From positions 62,001-126,000 of the forward strand of contig JAANOX010000142.1 in NCBI GenBank assembly GCA_020184695.1: DNA of 64,000 nt, given 5' to 3'. The DNA is from Histomonas meleagridis 2922-C6/04-290x (Eukaryota; Protista; Parabasalia). A model generated the notes under the pieces. That model was not told the origin of the DNA, did no database searches, and was given only the letters and a program-made list of their open reading frames with translations. This document shows, one piece after another, positions 41,168 through 52,508 of this stretch; position 1 is the first letter of the stretch; every line of letters begins with the position of its first letter. The translations under genes and the position numbers were made by a program.

Positions 41168-42235
41168 ATGTCTGAAAAATTCTGCGCTTATTCAGAGATT
41201 GAATCTGTTTCAAGGCAAAAGTTTATTGACCTCATCAAAGAAAAAGGGTTCACAGACCCTTCTATTCAATGGACCGCAAGTATCAAAGTTGATGGAGCAC
41301 AATTTTCAATTTATGTTTATCCAGATGGAAAAATAAGATACAGTCGTAGAAATGCTTTATTAAAAGAAAATGAAGGTTTTTACAATTATCAAGAAGCCGT
41401 AAAAGCTGATAATCTTGAGCCAAAATCAGTTCAAATACGAAAAATACTTATAGAGAAAGGGTTAATTACGGAAAGCTCCACAATTATTATTTGTGGTGAG
41501 TTATTTGGGGGAAGTTATAATCATCCTGATGTTCCCAAATCAAAATTTAAGGGAATTCAATCAAGGATTCAATATGCCCCTGGAATACATTTTTATTGCT
41601 TTGACATTATGATTGAGAAAGATGGTAACTTTGTCTACATTGATGATAATATAGTAACTGAAGTTTGTAATGCCGTTCAAATGACATCTCATTATGTTGT
41701 AAAGATTGGTACATTTGATGAATGTATGGCAGTTCCTAATAATACACCTGATCCAATTGGTGTTGAATATTATGGACTTCCACCAATCGAAAACAACATC
41801 ATTGAGGGAATTGTTATAAAGCCAGTCCATCCTATTGTATATGATGAACAACGAATTATTTTGAAGAACAAAAATGAAATATTCGAAGAAAAAATCAACA
41901 AGAAACAAGAGAAGCCAAAGAAATCTGATCCAAAGTCAAACTTCACTGAAAAAGAATTGGAAATTTACGGACATAAAATGGAATATGTAACAGAATCTAG
42001 AATTTGTTCAGTCGTATCAAAGATTGGAGAAATCACAAAAAAGGACTTCATGAAACTTAGAAACGAATTCTTGAACGATGCAACTAAAGACTTCTTAAAG
42101 GATTATGGTGAAGAAATCGCTAAACTTCCTAAAAAAGAATATGACCATGCAAAGGTCGATAAGATCTTCGCAAACGATGTTACGCAATGGATACGTCCTC
42201 ATTTTGCAAAATATATGTCAGCAACTGATAAATAA
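41168..42235 (+). CDS. RNA ligase, Rnl2 family (T4 Rnl2 / kinetoplastid REL1-2-like)
   Basis: Motif I IKVDGAQF, motif III GELFGGSYNHPDV, IIIa FYCFDI, IV EGIVIKP, V ILKNKNEIFEEK, plus the Rnl2 C-terminal domain (YVTESRICSVVSKIG). Confidence 0.9.
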   Translation: MSEKFCAYSEIESVSRQKFIDLIKEKGFTDPSIQWTASIKVDGAQFSIYVYPDGKIRYSRRNALLKENEGFYNYQEAVKADNLEPKSVQIRKILIEKGLITESSTIIICGELFGGSYNHPDVPKSKFKGIQSRIQYAPGIHFYCFDIMIEKDGNFVYIDDNIVTEVCNAVQMTSHYVVKIGTFDECMAVPNNTPDPIGVEYYGLPPIENNIIEGIVIKPVHPIVYDEQRIILKNKNEIFEEKINKKQEKPKKSDPKSNFTEKELEIYGHKMEYVTESRICSVVSKIGEITKKDFMKLRNEFLNDATKDFLKDYGEEIAKLPKKEYDHAKVDKIFANDVTQWIRPHFAKYMSATDK

Positions 42236-43595
42236 GTTAATTTTAAATAAAACAAATAAATACCTCCTTCTTATTACATGTTCAACATTTCCGTTTCTGA
42301 TGCAAAAACGAAAATGTAATTTGGAATTAGATAATGAATTTAGTTGTGATTCTAAATTTTTTTCATCAAGATATTTAAAGATATCATTTCGATGCTGCAT
42401 TATCAATTAATGAAACTTTTAAATCATTAATAAATGATCAACTTTCATAAAGTGATGGTTCTTTTCTTTGATTAAATTAAAATCATTTTGTGATGATGTT
42501 TATTGAAGTATTCTATTTCATTTTTTCGAATTATTTCATCTGAATTATGTCCTTCTCAGTGCGAACCGAATGTTTTTGATTATTTTTTTTATCTTTGAAA
42601 ATTATAATTTTTACCCTCATTTTTTCTATATATATAATATATTATTTTCGATTAAAACATCATCTATATGTTGATCAATGTATTTCAAACTATATATGAT
42701 CATGCGTTTCTTTAAAATTAACGCAATAACTAATTTTATCACTCCCAATATTTTTCTATTATACTCTTATCTTTTTATTATTATATATCTATATCTCAAT
42801 GCATTTATTTTAAAATTTTCTTATAGTTTGCTTCGCGATGCTCCGCAAACAGCGCATTCTTGTAATTTATAAAAATAAAAAATCAAAATTTATGAGTCAT
42901 ATCTTTTATCATATCCCATATCCTCAAACAGAGATGGATATCTTTATTACAGCTTAGGAAACAAGGAACAATAAATTAATTTTTACCAATTTCGTTATCC
43001 TTTAACAAAGGGAATCTTTCCACATAATATGAAATCGTTCTTTCCTTCTCTGATTTTTATCAGCGGTGCTTCATCATATTCAGTTTGAGCTATCTGTTTA
43101 ATAATTCGCGCAGGTAAATATTGATATAACGATAAATGTATTCCACCCAACAAATAATTTTACAATTTCCCTCACATTCGTGTTGGATAACGTTTTTGGT
43201 TTTTTGCTTGCGCAAATGTGAAAAAAGTTGTATCTCCAAGTGTATCAATTAATTGGGAAATCGGAATAAAGCTTCCTTTCTATTATTCTATTAAAGAAGA
43301 ATTAGTTTGTGAATTCCATTAAAGAATTCGACGCCAACGCTCTTTCTCTTGAAATTCTTCATTAAACCATATGTCAAAATTATGATTTTTTTTCCTCATT
43401 TCAGTATTATCGATAAGAAAAAGGACAACTTTATTTGAAATTTAGAAAAATGTGGCGTGTTACAGCCATCTTTCCAGATAAGTGGCTTAAGAGTTTCTTC
43501 ATTATGAGCACGATTGGATTCGATTATAAAGATCTTGTTATATGAACGAAATCTTTCTTTATCAAAAAAATAAAAATGAGATTAAAAACAGTGTT

Positions 43596-44084
43596 TTAGA
43601 TAATTTTCTTTTTGTGTTCAATAAATTGTGCTTTCCAATTTGTTCCTTCAGGAACTCCAGGAATAATTCCTTCTTCTTCGGCATAATAAAATAGATCAAC
43701 TAATTGTTGCTCACATTTGTGTAAATCCATTACATTAATATTTTCTTTTGTTGATGTATTTACAACTTCTCTTAAAACCTTATGTAAAAGCATTCCAACA
43801 CGATCTGTTTGTTTTTCTTCTTGTTCATTTTCTTTAAAAACTTTTGAATCTTTTATCATAGATAATGATGATAAAATACTTTCATCTGTTTTACTGTTAT
43901 CCATTCCAAGAAGATTTATACCATGTATTGTCAGCAAAGCCAAATTTTTTAATTCGTTTGATTTCAATCTTTCATTTTTTATTTTTTGTTTAATTTGCAT
44001 GTTCTCTATCTTCATTTCTTTTGTTTTTTGTTGAGTCTTAAGAGCAGATTCAACTTGATTTACTTGTTTTTGTAATTGATCCAT
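43596..44084 (-). CDS. Hypothetical coiled-coil protein
   Basis: ATG-started 162-aa helical ORF, divergent from the next gene with 57 bp between start codons. Confidence 0.55.
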   Translation of the reverse strand: MDQLQKQVNQVESALKTQQKTKEMKIENMQIKQKIKNERLKSNELKNLALLTIHGINLLGMDNSKTDESILSSLSMIKDSKVFKENEQEEKQTDRVGMLLHKVLREVVNTSTKENINVMDLHKCEQQLVDLFYYAEEEGIIPGVPEGTNWKAQFIEHKKKII

Positions 44085-44141
44085 TTTAAAATAAATTTAT
44101 TAACGTGTAATTTTTCATATAACATTTCTCGACTAAAATCA

Positions 44142-47036
44142 ATGGATATTCAGCAAGTTTCACAACTTTTATCTTTAATAGCATTATCTAAAACACAAGA
44201 AGAAATAGACCTACGAACGAATCAAATAGCCTCAGTTTTAGAACAACAAGAATCAATATTTATTTTTTTTGAAATTCTTAAAAATCCTAATTTATATACA
44301 AAAGGAGCAACTGTTTTCCTTCTTCGTGCTCTTAATTTACATTGGGATAATTTAGATAATATTAAACGTGAACAAATTTGTACAGAATGCCTTCAATTTT
44401 TAAATTCTCGAAATTTTACACAAGATGTTCTTGATAGCTTTCTTGGTGTGATTGATTTTATTTGTAGTAAGAGAGAAAACGAGTGGTCAGAACTTTTTTC
44501 ATTCATTTTCAATCTTTATCAATCAGGCAATGATATCAATCTCATTACCCAACTTCTTTCCACTGTTATAGAATCTATGAGTTGTGAAAGTATAACATCT
44601 AGTCTCAATTTTTTGCTTGGAATATCAGCTCTTGCTTTAAAGAATGGTGATATTTCTATCAAATTGCAAGGTGTTACTCTATTTCAAAAGGTATGTATTT
44701 CCATTAATATTCAACCAATACCCATTGATCATATAGTTTCAATCATTTCTATTGCACAAATCACTCCCCAACTAAATTCTTCCCAATGTTCTAAACTTTG
44801 GGATGCCATAAGTAGTCTTCTTTCTCATGACTATGTTCCTCCTGATCTTGTTTCCCAAATCCTTGATTTTGTTATTCAATTTGGCAGCAACCGCAATTTG
44901 GATGTTAACGTTCGCTCGATAACGTGCTACTCCATTTTCCCAATTTTAACCAAACTTCCACATGATTTTATTTCGAAATATTTATCTATATCATTTGATG
45001 TTGTTGCATATATCATTCAACAAGATGACACATTACCATCAGATCAATTTGAAGATTTTAAAGTATGTGCACAAACAATTGATCATGAAATAATTTTCCC
45101 AATTATTCAAGAAAAGATATCAATGGCCTTTCAATCTAATTCACCATATCATCAAATCACTGCTCTTTTATTATTTACGATATTAATTCAACAGATTCCA
45201 GATTTTTCATATAAAAACATTGAAGAAATGGTAAAGTATATACTTATGTCAATCACGTCAGACAATGATTTATTTAAACAAGCAGGTTTAACAGTCATCA
45301 CACAATTTGATGAATCATCAATATTAGTTCCATATTGTCATCAATTAATTCCTGGTATAATACCAAATTTAATATCAACGAATCCAGATATTCGATCATT
45401 AGCATTTTTAGCATTTCGTTCTATAACAGAAATCATTGATACTGAATATCCACAATTATTCCAACAATATATTTCATTAATACCAAAAATAGTCGAAGAT
45501 AATATAATACCATATTTATCCATTATGCCATTTGTAATAGATAATTGTGAAGAAATATCAGATGAAGAACTTGATCAATTAATATTATTTATAACGCAAA
45601 TAATGAAAAGTGATAACTTGGATCAAAAAGCAGCAGCTTTACAAATCGGAATAGCAATATTACATAAAGATGAAACACAACTTGAATTTGTTTTGTCGAT
45701 AATATTCCCCGCAGTTTCACAATGTATTAATTCTAATGATGTATATCATGTTGAAGAATCAATTGATTTCTTGGGTAATATTACAATGTTTTTACGTTAT
45801 GATATCATAAATTATATTCAACCATTCATACCACAATTATTAGAAACAATAAAAAACAAAAAAGCTAATAAAAAGATATATATAAGTGGCATTGATAACA
45901 TAACAAAAATTATTAAATTTTTACCGGATGAATTAAAACAACAATTATTTAAAGAAGTGTTTCCTGAAATAATTAATGGTATTACTAATGGCGGAAAGAA
46001 TTTACGAAAATATTCAATAAAATCAATTAAAAGAATTTGTAAATTATTAACAACAGAAGAATCAATTGAAGTCTTTAAACTTTTATATGAAATCATGACA
46101 AAAGTTTCTGATCTAGAAATTATTAATTTAACATTTGATTCATTAAAGAAAATATTACAATTTTCAAATGAAAATAATATAAATTTGTTTTTAGAATCAA
46201 GTATTAACATTATAAAACTAATGATAAATTCAGAACTTCCAATATTACAAGGTAAACCATTAATTACATCGCCAATATGTACTGATTTATTACCACATTT
46301 TTGTAGTTTTATTGATTCATTTAGTAAATATAACACAATAATTAACGATGAGTTATGTAAATATTTCCTTCAATGGATGAATAAAGATAATGAACTTGAA
46401 CTATTTGAAATCACCGGAATATTTACCGAATTCATTAAGAATCAAACAATATCAAATCAAATGATGCAAATAATATTACAAAACATTATGAACAAAGTAA
46501 ATGATGCATCTGATTCAGGTCTAATACAAAACTTAGCGTTTTTGTTTAACTTGTTAATACAAATGGATCAAAATTTGATTCATGAAATTATAAAAATTTT
46601 ACCAATCATCGAAAAATGGAGACAAATATGTATAAATAATAAATTCGGATATCAATTGACTTTATCAAATATAGCTTCTTTGTATTTGACTATTGCAGCA
46701 AGAATCGATGTACAAGATGATATTATATTATATGGTATAAACGAATTCCCGCCTTATGATGAATTGGAAACAAATACTATGGCTGAAAATATTATAAAAA
46801 TTGTGCCGAAAATTAATAACCAGAAAATTATTATGTGTTTGGCTTTGGCTTTTGCAAAATTCGTAGCGTTCGATGACGCTAAAATACAAAAATCAAAAAT
46901 TACAAAGGAAAATTTCGACGCGTTAATACAAATATTTAGGAACTTGTGCTCGAATAAGGAAATATTGATGCAGATACAGGCGTCAGTAGGAAAACAAAGA
47001 GCAAAATTAAGAAAAATTATGTCTATTCTTCAATAA
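44142..47036 (+). CDS. Importin-beta/karyopherin-like HEAT-repeat protein
   Basis: About 965-aa all-helical protein with HEAT-type repeats and importin-4/5-like size and N-terminus. Confidence 0.65.
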   Translation: MDIQQVSQLLSLIALSKTQEEIDLRTNQIASVLEQQESIFIFFEILKNPNLYTKGATVFLLRALNLHWDNLDNIKREQICTECLQFLNSRNFTQDVLDSFLGVIDFICSKRENEWSELFSFIFNLYQSGNDINLITQLLSTVIESMSCESITSSLNFLLGISALALKNGDISIKLQGVTLFQKVCISINIQPIPIDHIVSIISIAQITPQLNSSQCSKLWDAISSLLSHDYVPPDLVSQILDFVIQFGSNRNLDVNVRSITCYSIFPILTKLPHDFISKYLSISFDVVAYIIQQDDTLPSDQFEDFKVCAQTIDHEIIFPIIQEKISMAFQSNSPYHQITALLLFTILIQQIPDFSYKNIEEMVKYILMSITSDNDLFKQAGLTVITQFDESSILVPYCHQLIPGIIPNLISTNPDIRSLAFLAFRSITEIIDTEYPQLFQQYISLIPKIVEDNIIPYLSIMPFVIDNCEEISDEELDQLILFITQIMKSDNLDQKAAALQIGIAILHKDETQLEFVLSIIFPAVSQCINSNDVYHVEESIDFLGNITMFLRYDIINYIQPFIPQLLETIKNKKANKKIYISGIDNITKIIKFLPDELKQQLFKEVFPEIINGITNGGKNLRKYSIKSIKRICKLLTTEESIEVFKLLYEIMTKVSDLEIINLTFDSLKKILQFSNENNINLFLESSINIIKLMINSELPILQGKPLITSPICTDLLPHFCSFIDSFSKYNTIINDELCKYFLQWMNKDNELELFEITGIFTEFIKNQTISNQMMQIILQNIMNKVNDASDSGLIQNLAFLFNLLIQMDQNLIHEIIKILPIIEKWRQICINNKFGYQLTLSNIASLYLTIAARIDVQDDIILYGINEFPPYDELETNTMAENIIKIVPKINNQKIIMCLALAFAKFVAFDDAKIQKSKITKENFDALIQIFRNLCSNKEILMQIQASVGKQRAKLRKIMSILQ

Positions 47037-47645
47037 ATATAAATGTTAAAATAATTTTTTTTTAATAAATAACTTTTGGAATGAATAAGAAATATATAAA
47101 AAAGTGATCATCAATTTGTATAAAATTTTAAGATGAATAAATGATTTTGTTTTATTAATCCGATTTTAAATAAGGCATGAACATATATCTATAAAAATAA
47201 AAATAGGTATTTAAAATGTTGAACTATCATGAACAAGTTACCTATTAAATTAAACAATATATATAAAAATGAATATTGATATCTCACTTGAACAAATGAT
47301 ATAGTTATTTCATTTTGATAATCAAAAGATAAATGTAATTTTTTTGTAGTGCAAAAAGAATTTGAATATTATTTTTTTTCAAATTATTAAATTAATTCAA
47401 GAAGAAGAAATAAATAAAAATCTATTACAATTTTGGCATGTGTTGTGTATCCCTTAGAGCTCTAAGGGAATCATATGAGATAAATTAATCAAAAAATTAT
47501 ATTAATTATTCCACACTCAATCGATGAAACGAAGTAGGTAAAATACAATTGAAAAAACAATAACTAAATTTTTTTTACTATTTGAACAAAGATCAAATGT
47601 ACAAAGAATTAATTTTTGCAAGAATTAATTAAGTCAAGTTATCAT

Positions 47646-48260
47646 TTATTTAGGATTATCTTCTTTAAGTTCAATTATTGAATGACCAATAGAGCTACAA
47701 TTTACGAGTACGCTTTGAAGTTCTGCTTTGATTTCATTGAAGATTGTCTCATCTTCAATTTTACGAGTCCAAATTCCAACCTTATTTCGTGGTCCTCTAC
47801 AGTTAAATTCAACGCCGTTAATATATTCAACATGTTTAAAGATGTTACCCAAAATGCTTATGGTCAAATTGATCCAATCTTCTTGACTTTTAACATTGCT
47901 CTTAGCAGGGCCTCTTTTACCTTCTTCTTGGTTAGGATAGTCACCAAATATTTCGTATCCGCCAAGATTGGCTTCATCTTCCCATAAAGGTTGGATTTGT
48001 TTTTCTTTTTCATTTTTGAAAATGTAGTAACGACAGCCCTTTTGAAGTCTTGAGGCTGGTTCTATTGTATTGATTATAGCCCAGTAATCTTCGAATGTTC
48101 CGAATTTATGAAGTTCTTTAAGAAAATTCTTCCAATCTGCTCCGCTTGCATTCATTCGGTTTGGAATTAGATAAAAGAATGTCCATACAGTTGATAGATC
48201 ATGAAAATCGATTCCTTTGTCTTGAATTAAATGAGGGCAAGTGGTTTTTGCAGAACTCAT
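47646..48260 (-). CDS. eIF4E: eIF4E-family cap-binding protein
   Basis: LSTVWTFF, FGTFEDYW, QPLWEDEANLGG and NGVEFNCR...VGIW motifs. Confidence 0.88.
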   Translation of the reverse strand: MSSAKTTCPHLIQDKGIDFHDLSTVWTFFYLIPNRMNASGADWKNFLKELHKFGTFEDYWAIINTIEPASRLQKGCRYYIFKNEKEKQIQPLWEDEANLGGYEIFGDYPNQEEGKRGPAKSNVKSQEDWINLTISILGNIFKHVEYINGVEFNCRGPRNKVGIWTRKIEDETIFNEIKAELQSVLVNCSSIGHSIIELKEDNPK

Positions 48261-48657
48261 TTATTTGGCCTTGAGGAAACCGCCGATACGGGGTACCCTA
48301 AGCAATATTTTCTTGACTAACAACCAAGATAAGGAAACGATTAATTTGCATTCATTTTAAAAAATAAAACACACAATATCCACTTTTTATATGAAACGAT
48401 AAGTAATAAACTTCAACAAGTTTTTTCTGAATTTCTGTTACCTTAGAGACTGGCTAAGTTATAGAATTCAACTTGAAAAATCATTGATACGTCACAAGGA
48501 AATCCTATGCAATAGGATTTTACATCTAGAGAAAAAAATTTTTTCATATTTTTTGTAATTAGTGTATTAAAGAATTAAAAAAGCTTTTTTAAGCTAGATT
48601 AGCTTCACTGTTTATCAATGCAAATGATTTTTTTTAATACTTGTTTATGAATTATGA

Positions 48658-49155
48658 TTATTTGAGCAATGAAGTTTGTGAAGCTCTTGCTGTCTCAATT
48701 TGCTCAAGGAGTCGTTCCGCTTCTTCGATAGTCAATTCGATTGTGTGTGTGTTGATTTCAGTTTTTCCTTTGACATTTTCTTCAACATCAAACTTGAATG
48801 TACAAATAGGTTCTTTGATATTTGATATATTACTTGTGCCAAGAATTACAGAAGCCGACCAATCAAAATCTACAAGTTGATGAATTGGTTGATTTGTTTC
48901 TAATGCAGGTGCATAGGCTTGAATTAATTGAGCCACTTGGTCTGGGGTTGGGCATTCGAGCTCTGATAGAATTGATGTACGTTCTTCGTTTGTTTTTCCT
49001 GCTAAGTATTTGATTGTTGTGATCAATTTTTCACTTTGTTGAGGTGTTAAAGAATCGACAGGTGATTGATCTCCAGTCATCATTTTTGTTATTATTTCTC
49101 TGAAAAGTTCTACAGCAGGCTTTTTGCAAGAAGAAAGAAATTTGAGCGCACCCAT
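48658..49155 (-). CDS. COMM-domain protein
   Basis: LVDFDWSASVILGTSNISNIKEPICTFKFDV...ELTIEEAERLLEQIE. Confidence 0.85.
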   Translation of the reverse strand: MGALKFLSSCKKPAVELFREIITKMMTGDQSPVDSLTPQQSEKLITTIKYLAGKTNEERTSILSELECPTPDQVAQLIQAYAPALETNQPIHQLVDFDWSASVILGTSNISNIKEPICTFKFDVEENVKGKTEINTHTIELTIEEAERLLEQIETARASQTSLLK

Positions 49156-49686
49156 TGTGAATGCACAAAAGTGACATTTTCCAAAGGCAACCTAAGGAAG
49201 TTGTTACTGAGGACAATAATCAAATAATTAAACCTTTCGCTTAGCTTATAAAAGAAGCGAGTTTGGATTTATGTGCATAAGTATTAAAAAATTCTTATTT
49301 TGAGAAATGCATTCAACCAATTGATTTCAAAAATCATATAAAAGAATTAGTAAACATTTTTAAGTTTTTCTACAGAGCGAATTAATAATACCCCTAATGT
49401 AATAACTGACAAATAAATCCACCAAAATGTTTCAGATTAGAAATTATTCAATTTTATGTAAAGTTTTCATAAATGGTGTTGAATTTTTTTTGATCGATAT
49501 AGAATGGATTGTGGGAACTCTGTTCAACCATTTATACATACAATTGGTATCCGACATGTCAGAACACCAAAATGGAACGATGTATCGTTTCTTAGATTTC
49601 AATAAAACCGTTAAATTTCTAAGAATATAATTGACAAAGTCTGTTTTTATTAAAAGCGCCTCAATTGACAAAATTCCAAAAAATCG

Positions 49687-52092
49687 ATGCTAGCATTATT
49701 TTTTATTTCAACATACTCACTCCATATCTTTTTTGATGACAACAAAACTTTGGTTATAGATGACTATGATTTTGTACTCGGAACTTTCACAGAATATAAA
49801 AATCAAACCGAACATCTTCAGTTTTTCAATGATGTTACAAGCATTACAGACCATGCATTTAGCGGATGGAATATGTTAAAGACAGTTACTGTAAATCAAG
49901 CAGCAAGATCAATAGGAAATTCATCTTTTTTTTCTTGCCTTAATTTATCAACAGTCATTTTTAAGGGCGAAATAGAAACATTAGGGGAATATTCTTTTGC
50001 TTTTTGTCCCAATTTAAAAAACTTTACAATCCCAAGTTCAGTATTATCTATTGGTGAAGGTGCTTTTAGAAAATGTCAAAACTTAGTAACAGTAACATTT
50101 GAAGGAGAAAACATGAAATCTATTGAAGATCTTATGTTTTCTGGTTGTATCAATTTAGAAAACATCACAATTCCAAATAATATCACAGCAATTGGCAACT
50201 CTGCCTTTTTTGGGTGTGCAAAGATCACTAATTTTGTAATAGAAAACATTGAAACCATTGGGAATTATGCATTTTATAAATGTACATCATTGTTAACGGT
50301 CTCCATCGGTCAAAAAGTGACGGCTATCGGTGATTATTCATTTTCTTGCACATCATTAAACACAATTACTCTTCCAAAAACTATTACAACTATTGGTCGA
50401 GGTATCTTTTTCCTTTGCCAAAGTTTATCCACCATAAATATTGAAGGAAACTCACTTACTGAAATTCCAGATTCAGCGTTTTCATCCTGTGATTCTTTAA
50501 CAACATTTCCAATTGGTGAAAAGACCATCAAAATTAATGGGTATGCATTTTCTTCATGTCCAAAACTTACAACTCTTACGATACCAAATTCAGTTACATA
50601 CATTGGCATTGGAGCGTTCCAAAACTGCAACAATTTAGAAACAATTCAACTTAATGATAACATCCGAACCATTTCAGAAAATGCATTTTTGAAATGTTCC
50701 AAATTAACATCAATTACAATACCAAAGAATGTCAATGAAATTTCATCATATTTATTTTATCAATGTAAAAGCTTAGAAACAGTTACAATTAATAGTGAAA
50801 CACTGAATCATATTCATTCGCATTCATTCTATCAATGTTGGAAATTATCGAATATTAATTTACCAAATCAAATCACAACAATTGGTAAATATTCATTTTA
50901 TGAATGTAGTAATTTAACAACAATTAATATTCCTAATGAGCTTCAAACAATTAAAAAATATGCATTTTATTATTGTCAAAGTATAAAAGAAGTCAAATTC
51001 AATTCTAAACTTCAAACTATAAATAATTTTGCATTTTCATATTGCCAAAGTTTAACATCAATAGTATTACCATCAACAATTAATGAATTAAATGCCGAAG
51101 GAATATTTTCATATTGTATCAACTTAGAAACAATTGAATTCCTTTGTGAAAACATTAAATACATACCAAAATATGCATTTTATCAATGTGAGAAATTAAC
51201 ATTAAATGCAATTCCAAACTCAATAACACAAATATATGAATCATCATTTTATAATTGCATTAACTTGACTGAAATTAACTTAAATAATGTTATCGAGATA
51301 TATCAATCAGCATTTCAAAATTGTCGTAATTTAATGCAAATAGATTTTAATAATGTTTCGACTTTATCTTCTTCTGCTTTTCGTAATTGTATAAATGTTA
51401 TTTCAGTCGATATTCCAAACGTTGTTTTGATTGGTGAATTTTGTTTTGCTGATTGTTATAACATAATTAATGTTACTTGTACACAAACTGAAAAAGTATC
51501 GATTTTAAATTCAGCTTTTCTGAAATGCTATTCTTTACGGAATATTGTTTTACCAAAAGATTTGGAATATATCGATGATTATGTGTTTTATGAATGTAGT
51601 AATTTAACGGATTTCGTTATTTCTGATTCTGCAACTTCAATTGGAAATTATTCGTTTTCGGGGTGCTCCAATTTGAGCAGTTTGGTTATCGGTGAAAAAG
51701 TGTCAGCCATTGGAGGTTATGCCTTTGAAAATTGTCTTAATTTGAAATGTGTGTATTACTATGGTTTGAATAATCCTACAGTTAATGTTAATGCTTTTAA
51801 TGGCGTTAACATATCAACAGTTATGGTTCCATATAAATATAATGATAATGAATTTGGTAATTTGACAATTGCTAAAGGTGAAATTCTATATGAATGTGAA
51901 CCTGATAAAAGAATTACAGATAAGGGCGTAAACATTGGATTAGTTGTGGGTTTATGCGTTGGAGGTGTTGCAATTGTCGTAGGTGTTGTTGTGTTATCTG
52001 AGTATTTGGTGAAGAGAAGGAGGAATCTCGAAAGCCAATTCATGTCTAGTCATCCATTGTTGTCTGTGACTGAGAGCAATTTTTCAAAGTAG
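49687..52092 (+). CDS. BspA-like TpLRR surface protein with C-terminal TM helix
   Basis: About 27 repeats of type LxxIxIPxxVTxIGxxAFxxC; TM IGLVVGLCVGGVAIVVGVVVL. Confidence 0.92.
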   Translation: MLALFFISTYSLHIFFDDNKTLVIDDYDFVLGTFTEYKNQTEHLQFFNDVTSITDHAFSGWNMLKTVTVNQAARSIGNSSFFSCLNLSTVIFKGEIETLGEYSFAFCPNLKNFTIPSSVLSIGEGAFRKCQNLVTVTFEGENMKSIEDLMFSGCINLENITIPNNITAIGNSAFFGCAKITNFVIENIETIGNYAFYKCTSLLTVSIGQKVTAIGDYSFSCTSLNTITLPKTITTIGRGIFFLCQSLSTINIEGNSLTEIPDSAFSSCDSLTTFPIGEKTIKINGYAFSSCPKLTTLTIPNSVTYIGIGAFQNCNNLETIQLNDNIRTISENAFLKCSKLTSITIPKNVNEISSYLFYQCKSLETVTINSETLNHIHSHSFYQCWKLSNINLPNQITTIGKYSFYECSNLTTINIPNELQTIKKYAFYYCQSIKEVKFNSKLQTINNFAFSYCQSLTSIVLPSTINELNAEGIFSYCINLETIEFLCENIKYIPKYAFYQCEKLTLNAIPNSITQIYESSFYNCINLTEINLNNVIEIYQSAFQNCRNLMQIDFNNVSTLSSSAFRNCINVISVDIPNVVLIGEFCFADCYNIINVTCTQTEKVSILNSAFLKCYSLRNIVLPKDLEYIDDYVFYECSNLTDFVISDSATSIGNYSFSGCSNLSSLVIGEKVSAIGGYAFENCLNLKCVYYYGLNNPTVNVNAFNGVNISTVMVPYKYNDNEFGNLTIAKGEILYECEPDKRITDKGVNIGLVVGLCVGGVAIVVGVVVLSEYLVKRRRNLESQFMSSHPLLSVTESNFSK

Positions 52093-52381
52093 GGATTAAA
52101 TTATTAAAAATGATTTCGATTATTATTTAAACATTTATAATTAAATGTATTTTTAATCAATATTTTCTTGATATGTTTCATGAATTATTGAATAATGCCT
52201 TTTCCCGTGAGAATCATTTATTCCGAAAAGGTTATTGTTTCCATTAAATAATAGGGAATTGAAAATTGAATTTATATGTTTAACGGCGGATCTCCAGTTT
52301 TTATAAACTTTTGAAAAATTCAGCTCAGAAATTAAAAAATAATTTCATTTTACCTCAGGAACAAAATAATAATAATAAAAT

Positions 52382-52508
52382 ATGAAAAATCGATCCTGCT
52401 GGTGATTATAAATCGGCTGACATAAAATTGTTGTTAAATCTTGAGCAAATCATATTTAATTTAACAGAAGAAAACCTATTAGATGTATCAATTGAGCAAA
52501 CAATGTAA
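52382..52508 (+). pseudogene. Short relic of a DUF3447-type gene N-terminus
   Basis: Frameshifted ...DYKSADIKLLLNLEQIIFNLTEENLLDVSI*, resembling the N-terminus of 52729. Confidence 0.35.

Noticed and set aside
40899-42235. Operon-like linkage between the spacer relic and the RNA ligase
   Set aside because: Eukaryotic gene order rarely reflects function and spacer-bearing genes are scattered through the window; kept only as a hypothesis.
42960-43560. Coding-like minus-strand sequence with scattered stops
   Set aside because: Possibly a decayed gene or transposon, but I found no recognisable motif, terminal repeat or 17-nt spacer solution.
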